NCBI GenBank assembly: GCA_049305795.1
Contig: JBAQPM010000007.1
Span: 731 to 64,730, forward strand
Origin: Minisyncoccia bacterium
Lineage (GTDB): Bacteria; Patescibacteriota; Minisyncoccia; Phycocordibacterales; Phycocordibacteraceae
Reading direction: 5' to 3'
Length of the DNA: 64,000 nucleotides
Shown here: positions 56,158 to 64,000 of the stretch, piece by piece
Position numbering within the stretch: position 1 is the first letter of the stretch
Layout of the letters: the number at the start of each line of letters is the position of its first letter
Notes under the pieces: generated by a model
Seen by the model: the letters and a program-made list of their open reading frames with translations, nothing else
Database searches by the model: none
Told to the model about the DNA's origin: nothing
Translations under genes and position numbers: made by a program

Positions 56158-56195
56158 GCGTTATGAGTCCGGTGTATAGTAGTTACTACTAGCGC

Positions 56196-56972
56196 ATGAC
56201 AATATTAGACGCAGGCATACTTGGATTGGTCGAAGGCATTACAGAGTTTTTGCCCATTTCCTCTACTGGCCACCTTATTTTGGCAAGCAGCATCCTTGGT
56301 CTTCCCGCAACCGAATTTTTAAAGAGCTTTGAAATCGCCATACAGCTCGGAGCGATCGCGGCAGTAGTCCTTCTCTACTGGCGTTCATTTCTCTCACTCA
56401 CGATTCTTAAAAAACTGGTTGTTGGATTTATTCCAACAGGAATTATCGGGCTGCTTTTATACCGCGTCGTAAAAACCTATCTGCTTGGAAATGAGCTTGT
56501 CGTGGTTGCAGCTCTTTTTGTGGGCGGCGTGTTTCTTATCGCCTTTGAATTGCTCCACAAAGAAAACGAGGCTGGTGCAGCTTCTATTTCTGATATTTCG
56601 TACCGACAGTCCTTTTTCATCGGACTATGTCAGGCATGTGCCATTGTGCCTGGAGTTTCTCGCTCTGCGGCGACGATTGCTGGCGGCTTGTTGCTTGGCA
56701 TCCGTCGCACCGCGATTGTGGAATTTTCATTTCTCCTTGCCGTTCCCACCATGCTTGCCGCAACAAGCTTTGATCTTTTGAAACATGGTTCTTCGTTTTC
56801 AACTTCTGACATTGGATCACTCGCGGCCGGGTTCGTTGTTTCATTCGTCGTTGCCATGGGCGCCATCCGGCTCCTGCTCCAGTATGTGCGCCGCCATAGT
56901 TTTATTCCTTTCGGCGTTTACCGAATAGCCATTGCGACACTGTTTTTTGTCTATTTTTTCGTTCTCGCCTAG
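56196..56972 (+). CDS. uppP: Undecaprenyl-diphosphatase
   Basis: BacA motifs GLVEGITEFLPISSTGHL and PGVSRSAATI; 8 TM helices. Confidence 0.9.
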   Translation: MTILDAGILGLVEGITEFLPISSTGHLILASSILGLPATEFLKSFEIAIQLGAIAAVVLLYWRSFLSLTILKKLVVGFIPTGIIGLLLYRVVKTYLLGNELVVVAALFVGGVFLIAFELLHKENEAGAASISDISYRQSFFIGLCQACAIVPGVSRSAATIAGGLLLGIRRTAIVEFSFLLAVPTMLAATSFDLLKHGSSFSTSDIGSLAAGFVVSFVVAMGAIRLLLQYVRRHSFIPFGVYRIAIATLFFVYFFVLA

Positions 56973-57122
56973 AACCCATTTCAAAACCTAAAACGGAGTC
57001 GGCGTGCGACTCGGAAGACTAAGACTTGGCAAGTGATCTTATAAAGATCATCCGGAGCGGTCTTTCGGGGCGCATGGCGACGGAGTAGGTTTTGAAATGG
57101 GTTCTAGTGTCTCACGATTCTT

Positions 57123-57746
57123 TTAAGGCTTGGGCTCACTGGTAAGTTGCCTTTTCCATATTCGACTCACCAAAAGCAACAGAGCGAGAGGGATAAGTGC
57201 AATGATCCATCGGTAGTGGCCAAGAAATGCTTCCGTCAGTGCACCATATTGGTATGCGAGCGTAAAAAGACAGGTCGTCCATACCAGCACCGCAGGAACG
57301 ACAGAAAAGAAAAAGGTTCCAAAAGGCATGCCAAAAAAACCGGCTGCAAGGTAGGTGGGAAAACGCAGTCCCGGCACAAATCGTGCAGTCCATACCACCG
57401 CGACAAAACGCTTCTCTAGCCATGGTTTGAGGTTTTGAACGTGCTCGTGGTTTACAAACCACCGTGCCCACCGGTGCCTCACCGCAAGGCGACCAAGTCC
57501 GAAGTAGCCAAGGTCTCCCAGAATGATTCCCGTGTAGAGCGCCCCGAGCGCAAACCATGGCGGCATGTAGCCGTCTGCCGACAGAATGGCGACAAAAATA
57601 GTAGCCGCGTCTTCAAAAAACATACCTGCGAACGCAACGACAAAAGGAACTAGAAAAGGATGTGAAAGTGCATCGGCAACCGTAGAAAAAAGGAGATGCT
57701 CGGGATACATAGTTTTTCCAGTATACCTCGCACATTCCCTCGTCAC
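57123..57746 (-). CDS. DedA/VTT-domain family membrane protein
   Basis: Polytopic; DedA-like G(L/Y)FFED and RFVPGLR motifs. Confidence 0.7.
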   Translation of the reverse strand: MTRECARYTGKTMYPEHLLFSTVADALSHPFLVPFVVAFAGMFFEDAATIFVAILSADGYMPPWFALGALYTGIILGDLGYFGLGRLAVRHRWARWFVNHEHVQNLKPWLEKRFVAVVWTARFVPGLRFPTYLAAGFFGMPFGTFFFSVVPAVLVWTTCLFTLAYQYGALTEAFLGHYRWIIALIPLALLLLVSRIWKRQLTSEPKP

Positions 57747-57761
57747 CCTCGCCCGCGAAAT

Positions 57762-58535
57762 TCAGTTCTTAAGTCCCTTCCCTCTTTTAAAGAGCCAAAA
57801 TGTCAGGAGGAAAAAACCGATCGAAAAACCAAGAAGAACACCGAATGCAAGCCAGACGTTGACGTCGCTTACTCCGAGAAACCCATAGCGGAAAAGATTC
57901 ACCATATACAAGATTGGATTTGCCAGAGATAGAGCTCGGAAAAACGGTGGCAACTGGTCAATGGAATAAAACACGCCGCCGAGATACGTAAGCGGCGTAA
58001 GCACGAAGGTTGGCACAATGGAAATGGCATCGAAGGATTTTGCAAAGAAACCGTTTACCAAACCTGCGAGCGCGAAAAGAAACGCCGTCAAAAATGCGGC
58101 TATGAATACTACGAAGATGTTGTAAACCGCAATATGAGTGAAAAAGAGTGAAATAAGTACCACCAATATACCCACGAGCCCCGCACGAATGACTCCTCCC
58201 GAAACAAAGCCCATCATGACAACCCAGGAAGGCATTGGAGAAACGAGTAATTCATCAATAGTTCGCTGCCACTTTGCAAAATAGAATGTCGACACCGTAT
58301 TCATGTATGAGCTTGTGATCAAAGACATCATGACAAGACCTGGCACGATAAATTGCATATAAGAGTGACCAGATACGCTCGCAAGCTGGGAACCAATAAA
58401 GGTTCCAAAGACTATGAAGTATAGCGTCGTAGTGACAACAGGCGGAAGCAGGGTTTGTGACCAAATACGTATGATACGTATGACCTCTTTCCGCACCATG
58501 GTCCAGTAACCAATAAGGGCAGGGTTCGGATTCAT
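57762..58535 (-). CDS. ABC-2 type transporter permease
   Basis: 6 TM helices; overlaps the ATPase gene stop (ATGA); ABC-2 family membrane topology. Confidence 0.75.
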   Translation of the reverse strand: MNPNPALIGYWTMVRKEVIRIIRIWSQTLLPPVVTTTLYFIVFGTFIGSQLASVSGHSYMQFIVPGLVMMSLITSSYMNTVSTFYFAKWQRTIDELLVSPMPSWVVMMGFVSGGVIRAGLVGILVVLISLFFTHIAVYNIFVVFIAAFLTAFLFALAGLVNGFFAKSFDAISIVPTFVLTPLTYLGGVFYSIDQLPPFFRALSLANPILYMVNLFRYGFLGVSDVNVWLAFGVLLGFSIGFFLLTFWLFKRGKGLKN

Positions 58536-59278
58536 GATTTTGTTTCGTCGATAAGTTCCAAGAAGATATCTTCAAGCTTTTTGCCGTCGTGCTTGGCAAG
58601 CAGTGCTTGGGTACCTTCGTCGGTAATAATAGTTCCCTTGTTGATGATAGCTACGTGACGCGAGAGTTGTTCTGCTTCTTCAAGATAATGCGTAGTAAGC
58701 ACGATGGTTGTTCCCGCCGCATTCAGTTTCGTGAGAAATTCCCACATGCCCCGGCGCAGCTCAACATCCACACCCGCCGTCGGTTCGTCAAGAAGCAGCA
58801 CTTGCGGCTCATGCACCAAAGCGCGAGCAATCATAAGACGTCGCTTCATACCGCCTGAAAGTGTTTGGGCTGGACTGTTTCGTTTATCCCAGAGTCCGAG
58901 TTGTTTCAAAATCTCTTCTGATTTTGGAATCGCTTTTTCGCGGGTGATGCCGTAATACCCCGCCTGGTTTACAACGATGTCCAACACTTTTTCAAATATG
59001 TTGAAATTAAATTCCTGGGGCACCAGCCCAATGAAACTTTTCGCTCGATCTGGATCACTGTCAATAGAGGCGCCGCAGATTTCAACGACACCAGAGGTTT
59101 TGAGCGTAAGCCCCGCCGCAATGCCGATGAGCGTGGTCTTCCCCGCCCCGTTTGGGCCAAGAAGTGCAAAAAATTCGCCGCGAGGAACGGTGAGCGAGAC
59201 GCCTTTCAGTGCTTCGTTTTCTCCGTACACCTTTCGGAGATTCTCTATCTTGAGTGCGGGTGCGAGCGGTTCGGACAT
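58532..59278 (-). CDS. ABC transporter ATP-binding protein
   Basis: Walker A GPNGAGKTT, signature LSGGMKRRL, Walker B LLLDEPT. Confidence 0.9.
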   Translation of the reverse strand: MSEPLAPALKIENLRKVYGENEALKGVSLTVPRGEFFALLGPNGAGKTTLIGIAAGLTLKTSGVVEICGASIDSDPDRAKSFIGLVPQEFNFNIFEKVLDIVVNQAGYYGITREKAIPKSEEILKQLGLWDKRNSPAQTLSGGMKRRLMIARALVHEPQVLLLDEPTAGVDVELRRGMWEFLTKLNAAGTTIVLTTHYLEEAEQLSRHVAIINKGTIITDEGTQALLAKHDGKKLEDIFLELIDETKS

Positions 59279-59283
59279 GGTGA

Positions 59284-59802
59284 TTAGTCGTCGTTAAGGG
59301 GAAGCATACCAATGTAATCTGCTTTGCCCAAGGGCACTCCCTCGTGACGCAAAATGGAGTACGCAGTAGTCATGTGGAAAAAGAAGTTCGGAATAAGGTA
59401 TCCCGTAGTGTATCCATAGCCCGTAAGGTGTTTCCCCGGAAAATAAGAAAAACGAATTTTTTGATCTTCATTCGCATTAATGTCTTCAGGTTTTACTTCC
59501 TCAAGAATTTTGAGGGTATGTGCAATACGCATTTTAAGCTCAGCAATAGTTGTTTCAGTGTCAGGCACCGAAGGAACTTCTTCGCCTTTCATACGAAAAG
59601 GAAAAGCTTTCAAATGATCGCAGGCAATTTGTATCTGTTTTACGAAAGGAAACTGGTCCGGCGCAAGCTGCTTGGTGAGGTAGGTATCAGGATCGACTCC
59701 TTTTTCCGCTGCATGGGCTACGGCTTTATCAAGCACTCCCGAAAGAGCCTTGAGCGCATTTTGGAACATAGGAATAGTGACGGAGTAGAGTGATGTTTGC
59801 AT
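59284..59802 (-). CDS. DUF1993-like four-helix protein
   Basis: MQTSLYSVTIPMFQNALKAL start and overall length resemble DUF1993 members. Confidence 0.45.
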   Translation of the reverse strand: MQTSLYSVTIPMFQNALKALSGVLDKAVAHAAEKGVDPDTYLTKQLAPDQFPFVKQIQIACDHLKAFPFRMKGEEVPSVPDTETTIAELKMRIAHTLKILEEVKPEDINANEDQKIRFSYFPGKHLTGYGYTTGYLIPNFFFHMTTAYSILRHEGVPLGKADYIGMLPLNDD

Positions 59803-59886
59803 GGACTTGAATGTATTTAGTGCTTTATAAACTAAAGTATATCAATTCTTCATACGGGACGCGACTGTGTATACTAAAGCTGTCTT

Positions 59887-60279
59887 ATGCGTCGATTTTT
59901 CCGCTACACGCTCGTCGGTGTCTCCACGCTCTTGTTTGATCTTGGGCTCCTCTATCTTCTCACCAGCATTGCAGGTGTTCCCTACTATCTTTCAACTCCT
60001 ATCTCATTTTGTATTGCCGTTTCCATAAACTACGCAGTGAGCCGCAACATTGTATTTAGGGGTACCAAGCGGCCATGGGGTCATGGATACCTGTACTTTG
60101 CTGGTGTGGCTTTGCTCGGCGCAAGCGTTACCACGGGCCTTGTAGCTGCTCTAGTGGCCTATCTAGGCCTGTATTACCTTTTCGCGCGCATACTTGTTGC
60201 AGGTGTAGTTGGTATGGGAAATTACTTCTTTAACCTATACGTAAATTTCAATGTCGCAGGCCGTTCTCTTACACCCTAG
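59887..60279 (+). CDS. GtrA-family membrane protein (polysaccharide synthesis/flippase-associated)
   Basis: MRRFFRYTLVGVSTLLFDLGLLYLL start; 4 TM helices; 130 aa. Confidence 0.75.
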   Translation: MRRFFRYTLVGVSTLLFDLGLLYLLTSIAGVPYYLSTPISFCIAVSINYAVSRNIVFRGTKRPWGHGYLYFAGVALLGASVTTGLVAALVAYLGLYYLFARILVAGVVGMGNYFFNLYVNFNVAGRSLTP

Positions 60280-60343
60280 GTTATACACGGCGACGGTCGC
60301 AATACGCAAACGAGATACGGTATGCTAAGCGCATACTGCCGCT

Positions 60344-60706
60344 ATGACGATGCTTTCACACCGACACCATGAGGATCGTCCATGGGGTTCGTTTGACCAA
60401 TTCAGTGCAAACGAAGAAACAACGATAAAAATTGTGCGTGTTTCCCCGGGGAAACGTCTCTCGCTTCAAAAACATACCCACCGTGCTGAATTTTGGAAAG
60501 TCATCGAGGGGGATGGTATCGCACAAGTGGGTAGCGAAGAACGTCCCATAGCATTGGGAGACGAAATTGAAATTGGTGTAGGAACATTGCATCGCCTCAC
60601 CGGCGGAACGCAGGGCTGTGCTGTTCTTGAAATTGCTTTTGGAGCATTTGACGAGGGAGATATCGAGCGGATTGAAGACGATTTTGGGCGCGAACAAACC
60701 GCATGA
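60344..60706 (+). CDS. Cupin-domain protein (mannose-6-phosphate isomerase type II C-terminal-like)
   Basis: PWGSF...E..TIKIV.V.PG..LSLQ.H.HR.E.W.V..G cupin_2 pattern. Confidence 0.7.
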   Translation: MTMLSHRHHEDRPWGSFDQFSANEETTIKIVRVSPGKRLSLQKHTHRAEFWKVIEGDGIAQVGSEERPIALGDEIEIGVGTLHRLTGGTQGCAVLEIAFGAFDEGDIERIEDDFGREQTA

Positions 60707-61890
60707 TTGCATTTATCGCCCTCGTACTCGCTGTTCTAAGCGCCTTCTTGGTAACAGGCCTTTTCTTGTATGCCTTCATAGTTTCGTTACAGCAAAAACC
60801 AACGCTTCCTTTTGTACAACACGTGCGCGCACTCATTGAAAAAAGGCGCGCACCCCTTCTTTCGCGTGCAGAAAAAAATCCGATTTTGCGTCCTAGTTCG
60901 CATGCATGGGAAGCGGGTGCCGTCATGAATCCAGCGGCCATACACCTACATGACAGAACGCATCTTTTTTATCGTGCCGTGGGCACTGATGGTGTTTCAA
61001 GAATTGGCTATGCTTCCTCAAAAGATGGTGTGCAGTTTGATGAGCGCCTTCCCTATCCGGTGTATGCACTTCCCAATAACTTCAGTATTTCGGAATCTTC
61101 TCTGCACCGTGAATATCTTGCCTCTCGTCCGGACCTTCTTGCTTCCGGCGGGAGCTGGAGCGGCATTGAAGACCCACGTGCCGTGGTCATAGACGACCGA
61201 ATGTATCTTTCTTTCTCTGCCTTTCATAGCTGGGATTCGCTTCGCATCGGCGTTACCTCCCTCTCGCTCGCCGACCTTGAAGCAAAACGATGGAATTGGT
61301 CGCCACCCGTGTTTCTTTCAGCACCAAACGAAGTACATAAAAATTGGGTGCTCTTCCCCGAAAAAATACACGGAAAATTCGCGATCCTCCACGCGTTCCG
61401 AGACGGAACACGCCGGCGCGCCGTCGTTAACTATCTAGATACCCTTGATAGCGAGCCCTCGCAATATGTGAAGAGTGATGCGAGTTTCAGAGGAAATGTT
61501 GAGCCCTCTTTGTGGGACAGCCGTGTGCGTGGCTCGGGACCACCACCACTTAAAACGGACGCAGGCTGGCTTGTTTTTTACCACGCAAACGACGCGCGTG
61601 AGCCAGAAAAATATAAACTCGGTGCGCTTTTGCTTGATGCAAAAGATCCTTCAAAAATAATTGCACGCACACCGAACGCTATTCTTGAACCCGAAACTAC
61701 CTACGAAAATGAAGGCAAGCCCGGCATTGTGTATGCCTGCGGCGCAACTGCAATAGGCGACCAGCTCACCGTCTATTACGGCGGCGCCGACAATGTCGTG
61801 TGCGCCGCAGCAACATCACTCTCACACTTTACTGAATCCCTCCGCTCGTTCCGAGCACCTGTTCTATCTTTGCTACCACTACGCATCTAA
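60703..61890 (+). CDS. Membrane-anchored GH130 family glycosidase/phosphorylase
   Basis: N-terminal TM; then NPILRP...W...MNPAA, GSWSGIEDPR, GWLVFYHA, LGALLLD, YYGGAD blocks; start overlaps the cupin stop (ATGA). Confidence 0.8.
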   Translation: MIAFIALVLAVLSAFLVTGLFLYAFIVSLQQKPTLPFVQHVRALIEKRRAPLLSRAEKNPILRPSSHAWEAGAVMNPAAIHLHDRTHLFYRAVGTDGVSRIGYASSKDGVQFDERLPYPVYALPNNFSISESSLHREYLASRPDLLASGGSWSGIEDPRAVVIDDRMYLSFSAFHSWDSLRIGVTSLSLADLEAKRWNWSPPVFLSAPNEVHKNWVLFPEKIHGKFAILHAFRDGTRRRAVVNYLDTLDSEPSQYVKSDASFRGNVEPSLWDSRVRGSGPPPLKTDAGWLVFYHANDAREPEKYKLGALLLDAKDPSKIIARTPNAILEPETTYENEGKPGIVYACGATAIGDQLTVYYGGADNVVCAAATSLSHFTESLRSFRAPVLSLLPLRI

Positions 61891-61902
61891 TCCACTTTTC
61901 AT

Positions 61903-63831
61903 ATGCTCGTCGTCTCCAGGTCTCCAAAAAATCCCGTTCTCGCTCCGACGCAAAACCGTGCATGGGAATCAATTGCCACATTTAACCCTTCTGCCGTGCG
62001 CGAAGGAAACACGACGCATCTTTTTTATCGCGCCGTAGCGCGTCCCGACGCCCTTCTCACACCGTATGCCGGACTCTCAACTATCGGCCACGCTATGTGC
62101 AAGGAAGATTCAGAAATAGAAAGACGTGAACAGGTCATCATGCCCGAGGAGCCGTGGGAGCGCTTCGGGTGCGAGGATCCACGCGCAACTTTTTTTGAAG
62201 GAACCTGGTACGTTTTTTATACTGCGCTTGGAGGGTTTCCTTTTGGTCCTGACAACATAAAGATTGCCGTTGCTTGCGGTGACGCTCCAAACGAACTTTC
62301 AGAAAAGCATCTCATCACTCCTTTCAACGCAAAAGCGGCGGCGCTGTTCCCTTCCCGGATACAGGGAGAAGTTGCTCTTTTACTCACCGCCCACACCGAC
62401 TGGACCGAGGCATATCCACGCCCCACCATCGCCATCGCACGCGCTAAACATGTTGAAGACTTTTTTCGCGAAAGCTATTGGCACGATTTTCATGAACACC
62501 TGGGTGAATATGCTCTGCCTGACTTACGAAGAAAAGACAGTGACCACATCGAAGTTGGCGCGGTGCCTATCGAAACCCCACAGGGCTGGCTTTTAATCTA
62601 TTCCCACATTCAGCATTACTACGATGAATCACGGCGCTTGTTTGGTATCGAAGCAGTGCTTCTCGATCGCGACGACCCGCAAAAAATTATCGGCCGCACG
62701 GAAGCTCCCTTTCTTATACCGGAAGAGTCATATGAACGATATGGTACCGTCCCAAACATTGTCTTCCCTTCTGGAGCAGTAGTTGAGGGAGATACACTGC
62801 GCATTTATTACGGAGCGGCTGACACGACAGCGGCGGAAATATACCTCTCCCTTTCAAATTTGCTTGATGCCATGAGCAAAGAGAAACGGCTCTCCTTTGT
62901 GAAGCGCGTGAGTAATGAACCCATTCTCTCTTCTATTCCGGAGCATCCTTGGGAATCGAAAGCGGTGTTTAACGCCGCCTCAATCGAGCTTGAGGGGGAT
63001 GTGCATGTGCTGTACCGAGCCATGGGAGAAGACAATACCTCCGTGCTTGGCTACGCACGTTTTGACGATGGACAAACGCTTTCGGAGCGACTTTCTGATC
63101 CTGTGTATGTTCCGCGAGCGTCGTTTGAATTAAAACAAGGGTCACCTACTGGAAATTCAGGATGCGAGGACCCGCGCCTCACACAGATCGGCGACACACT
63201 CTATCTTATCTATACGGCATATGATGGCGCGCATGAGCCGCGGGGTGCGATAAGTTCCATTAGCGTAAAAGATTTTTTGGAGAAAAAATTTGACCAATTC
63301 ACGCTTCCAAAATTGCTCACCATTGAGGGCGTGACCGATAAAGACATTTGTCTCTTTCCTGAACTCGTCGATGGGAAATACATACTCATTCATCGCATTG
63401 ACCCAAACATTTGTGCAGATTTTTTTGATGACCTTTCTTTTTCTCGACTTGCCAATCGCTGTTTTACTCTGATGACACCACGTCCAGGTATGTGGGATTC
63501 GGAAAAAATAGGCGCCGCCGCGCCGCCCATTAAAGTTTCAGAAGGCTGGCTCTTCATTTATCACGGCATCGGAAGCGACCATGTCTACCGGCTTGGCGCC
63601 GCGCTTCTGGACGAAACGGGGACAAATATCATTGTGCGCACTGCCCTACCCATCTTCGAACCCGTGCTGCCGTGGGAAAAAGAAGGACAGGTTGGTAATG
63701 TCGTATTCTCTTGCGGCGTAACCCTTAAAGACGATACGTTGTTTATCTATTATGGCGGTGCCGATACCGCCATTGGTATTGCAACCGTTTCAAAATCAGC
63801 ACTCATGAAGAAATTGCTCTCTGCATTATGA
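61903..63831 (+). CDS. Tandem-domain GH130 family protein (two complete GH130 modules, 642 aa)
   Basis: Both halves carry NP(V/I)L...W...FNP(S/A)A, GCEDPR, GWL(L/F)IY(S/H)(H/G), LGAALLD, YYGGAD. Confidence 0.8.
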   Translation: MLVVSRSPKNPVLAPTQNRAWESIATFNPSAVREGNTTHLFYRAVARPDALLTPYAGLSTIGHAMCKEDSEIERREQVIMPEEPWERFGCEDPRATFFEGTWYVFYTALGGFPFGPDNIKIAVACGDAPNELSEKHLITPFNAKAAALFPSRIQGEVALLLTAHTDWTEAYPRPTIAIARAKHVEDFFRESYWHDFHEHLGEYALPDLRRKDSDHIEVGAVPIETPQGWLLIYSHIQHYYDESRRLFGIEAVLLDRDDPQKIIGRTEAPFLIPEESYERYGTVPNIVFPSGAVVEGDTLRIYYGAADTTAAEIYLSLSNLLDAMSKEKRLSFVKRVSNEPILSSIPEHPWESKAVFNAASIELEGDVHVLYRAMGEDNTSVLGYARFDDGQTLSERLSDPVYVPRASFELKQGSPTGNSGCEDPRLTQIGDTLYLIYTAYDGAHEPRGAISSISVKDFLEKKFDQFTLPKLLTIEGVTDKDICLFPELVDGKYILIHRIDPNICADFFDDLSFSRLANRCFTLMTPRPGMWDSEKIGAAAPPIKVSEGWLFIYHGIGSDHVYRLGAALLDETGTNIIVRTALPIFEPVLPWEKEGQVGNVVFSCGVTLKDDTLFIYYGGADTAIGIATVSKSALMKKLLSAL

Positions 63832-64000
63832 AATATAACGTTGTCGTCTTTGATTTGGATAACACCCTTGCTGAGAGTAAACAGGCGCTTACGCCCGAAA
63901 TGGCGACACTGCTTTCGAGCCTCATCGCAAAAACAAAGGTTGCTATCACCTCTGGCGGAAAATTTGCGCAGCTTGAAGGGCAGGTAGTAAACCAACTTCC
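63828..64000 (+). CDS. HAD-superfamily hydrolase (partial, runs off the window end)
   Basis: Motif I FDLDNTL at the N-terminus; ATG overlaps the stop of the preceding GH130 gene. Confidence 0.6.
   Translation, partial: MKYNVVVFDLDNTLAESKQALTPEMATLLSSLIAKTKVAITSGGKFAQLEGQVVNQL

Noticed and set aside
1-64000. CRISPR arrays and rRNA genes
   Set aside because: I scanned for regularly spaced 25-40-nt direct repeats and for rRNA-like conserved stretches and saw none. The only repeats found are the att-like tRNA repeat, the 19-bp TIRs and the short upstream motifs.

Overview
The window is mostly minus-strand housekeeping genes with a streamlined, CPR/Patescibacteria-like character. That assignment is inference from a class I LysRS, a short ProRS, abundant type IV pilins and few metabolic genes. 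Readable content, in order: gltX and murG; a four-gene pseudopilin operon; the dcw cluster (mraZ-rsmH-ftsL-ftsI-murF); class I lysK, greA, mrdA; mreBCD, proS, rseP, frr, holB-like; an RND efflux pair; a second mreB paralog; murA; a degenerate priA; def-fmt; hpf. A tRNA-Asn(GTT) at about 37.3 kb is flanked by a 5' tRNA-like fragment and a 25-nt direct repeat of its 3' end. Downstream of it (about 37.5-46.7 kb) lies a compositionally heterogeneous accessory block. That block holds a GH130 glycosidase, TspO, many small low-GC genes (YciI-like, DUF1059, pentapeptide-repeat, NUDIX, a zinc-ribbon pair, DUF4234-like, MazG-like), pyrF with a divergent PRTase, and a cold-shock protein. After it come a SET-domain/TrhO/histidine-phosphatase operon, truB, a VanY-like peptidase, a two-component module (hybrid HK, OmpR RR, second HK), uppP, DedA, an ABC-2 exporter, and a GtrA/cupin/GH130/didomain-GH130/HAD glycan cluster. 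No CRISPR array or rRNA is present. Intergenic points of interest are a 330-bp element bounded by 19-bp perfect inverted repeats (1428-1757), several very strong hairpins, and repeated 10-mers upstream of the first gene.
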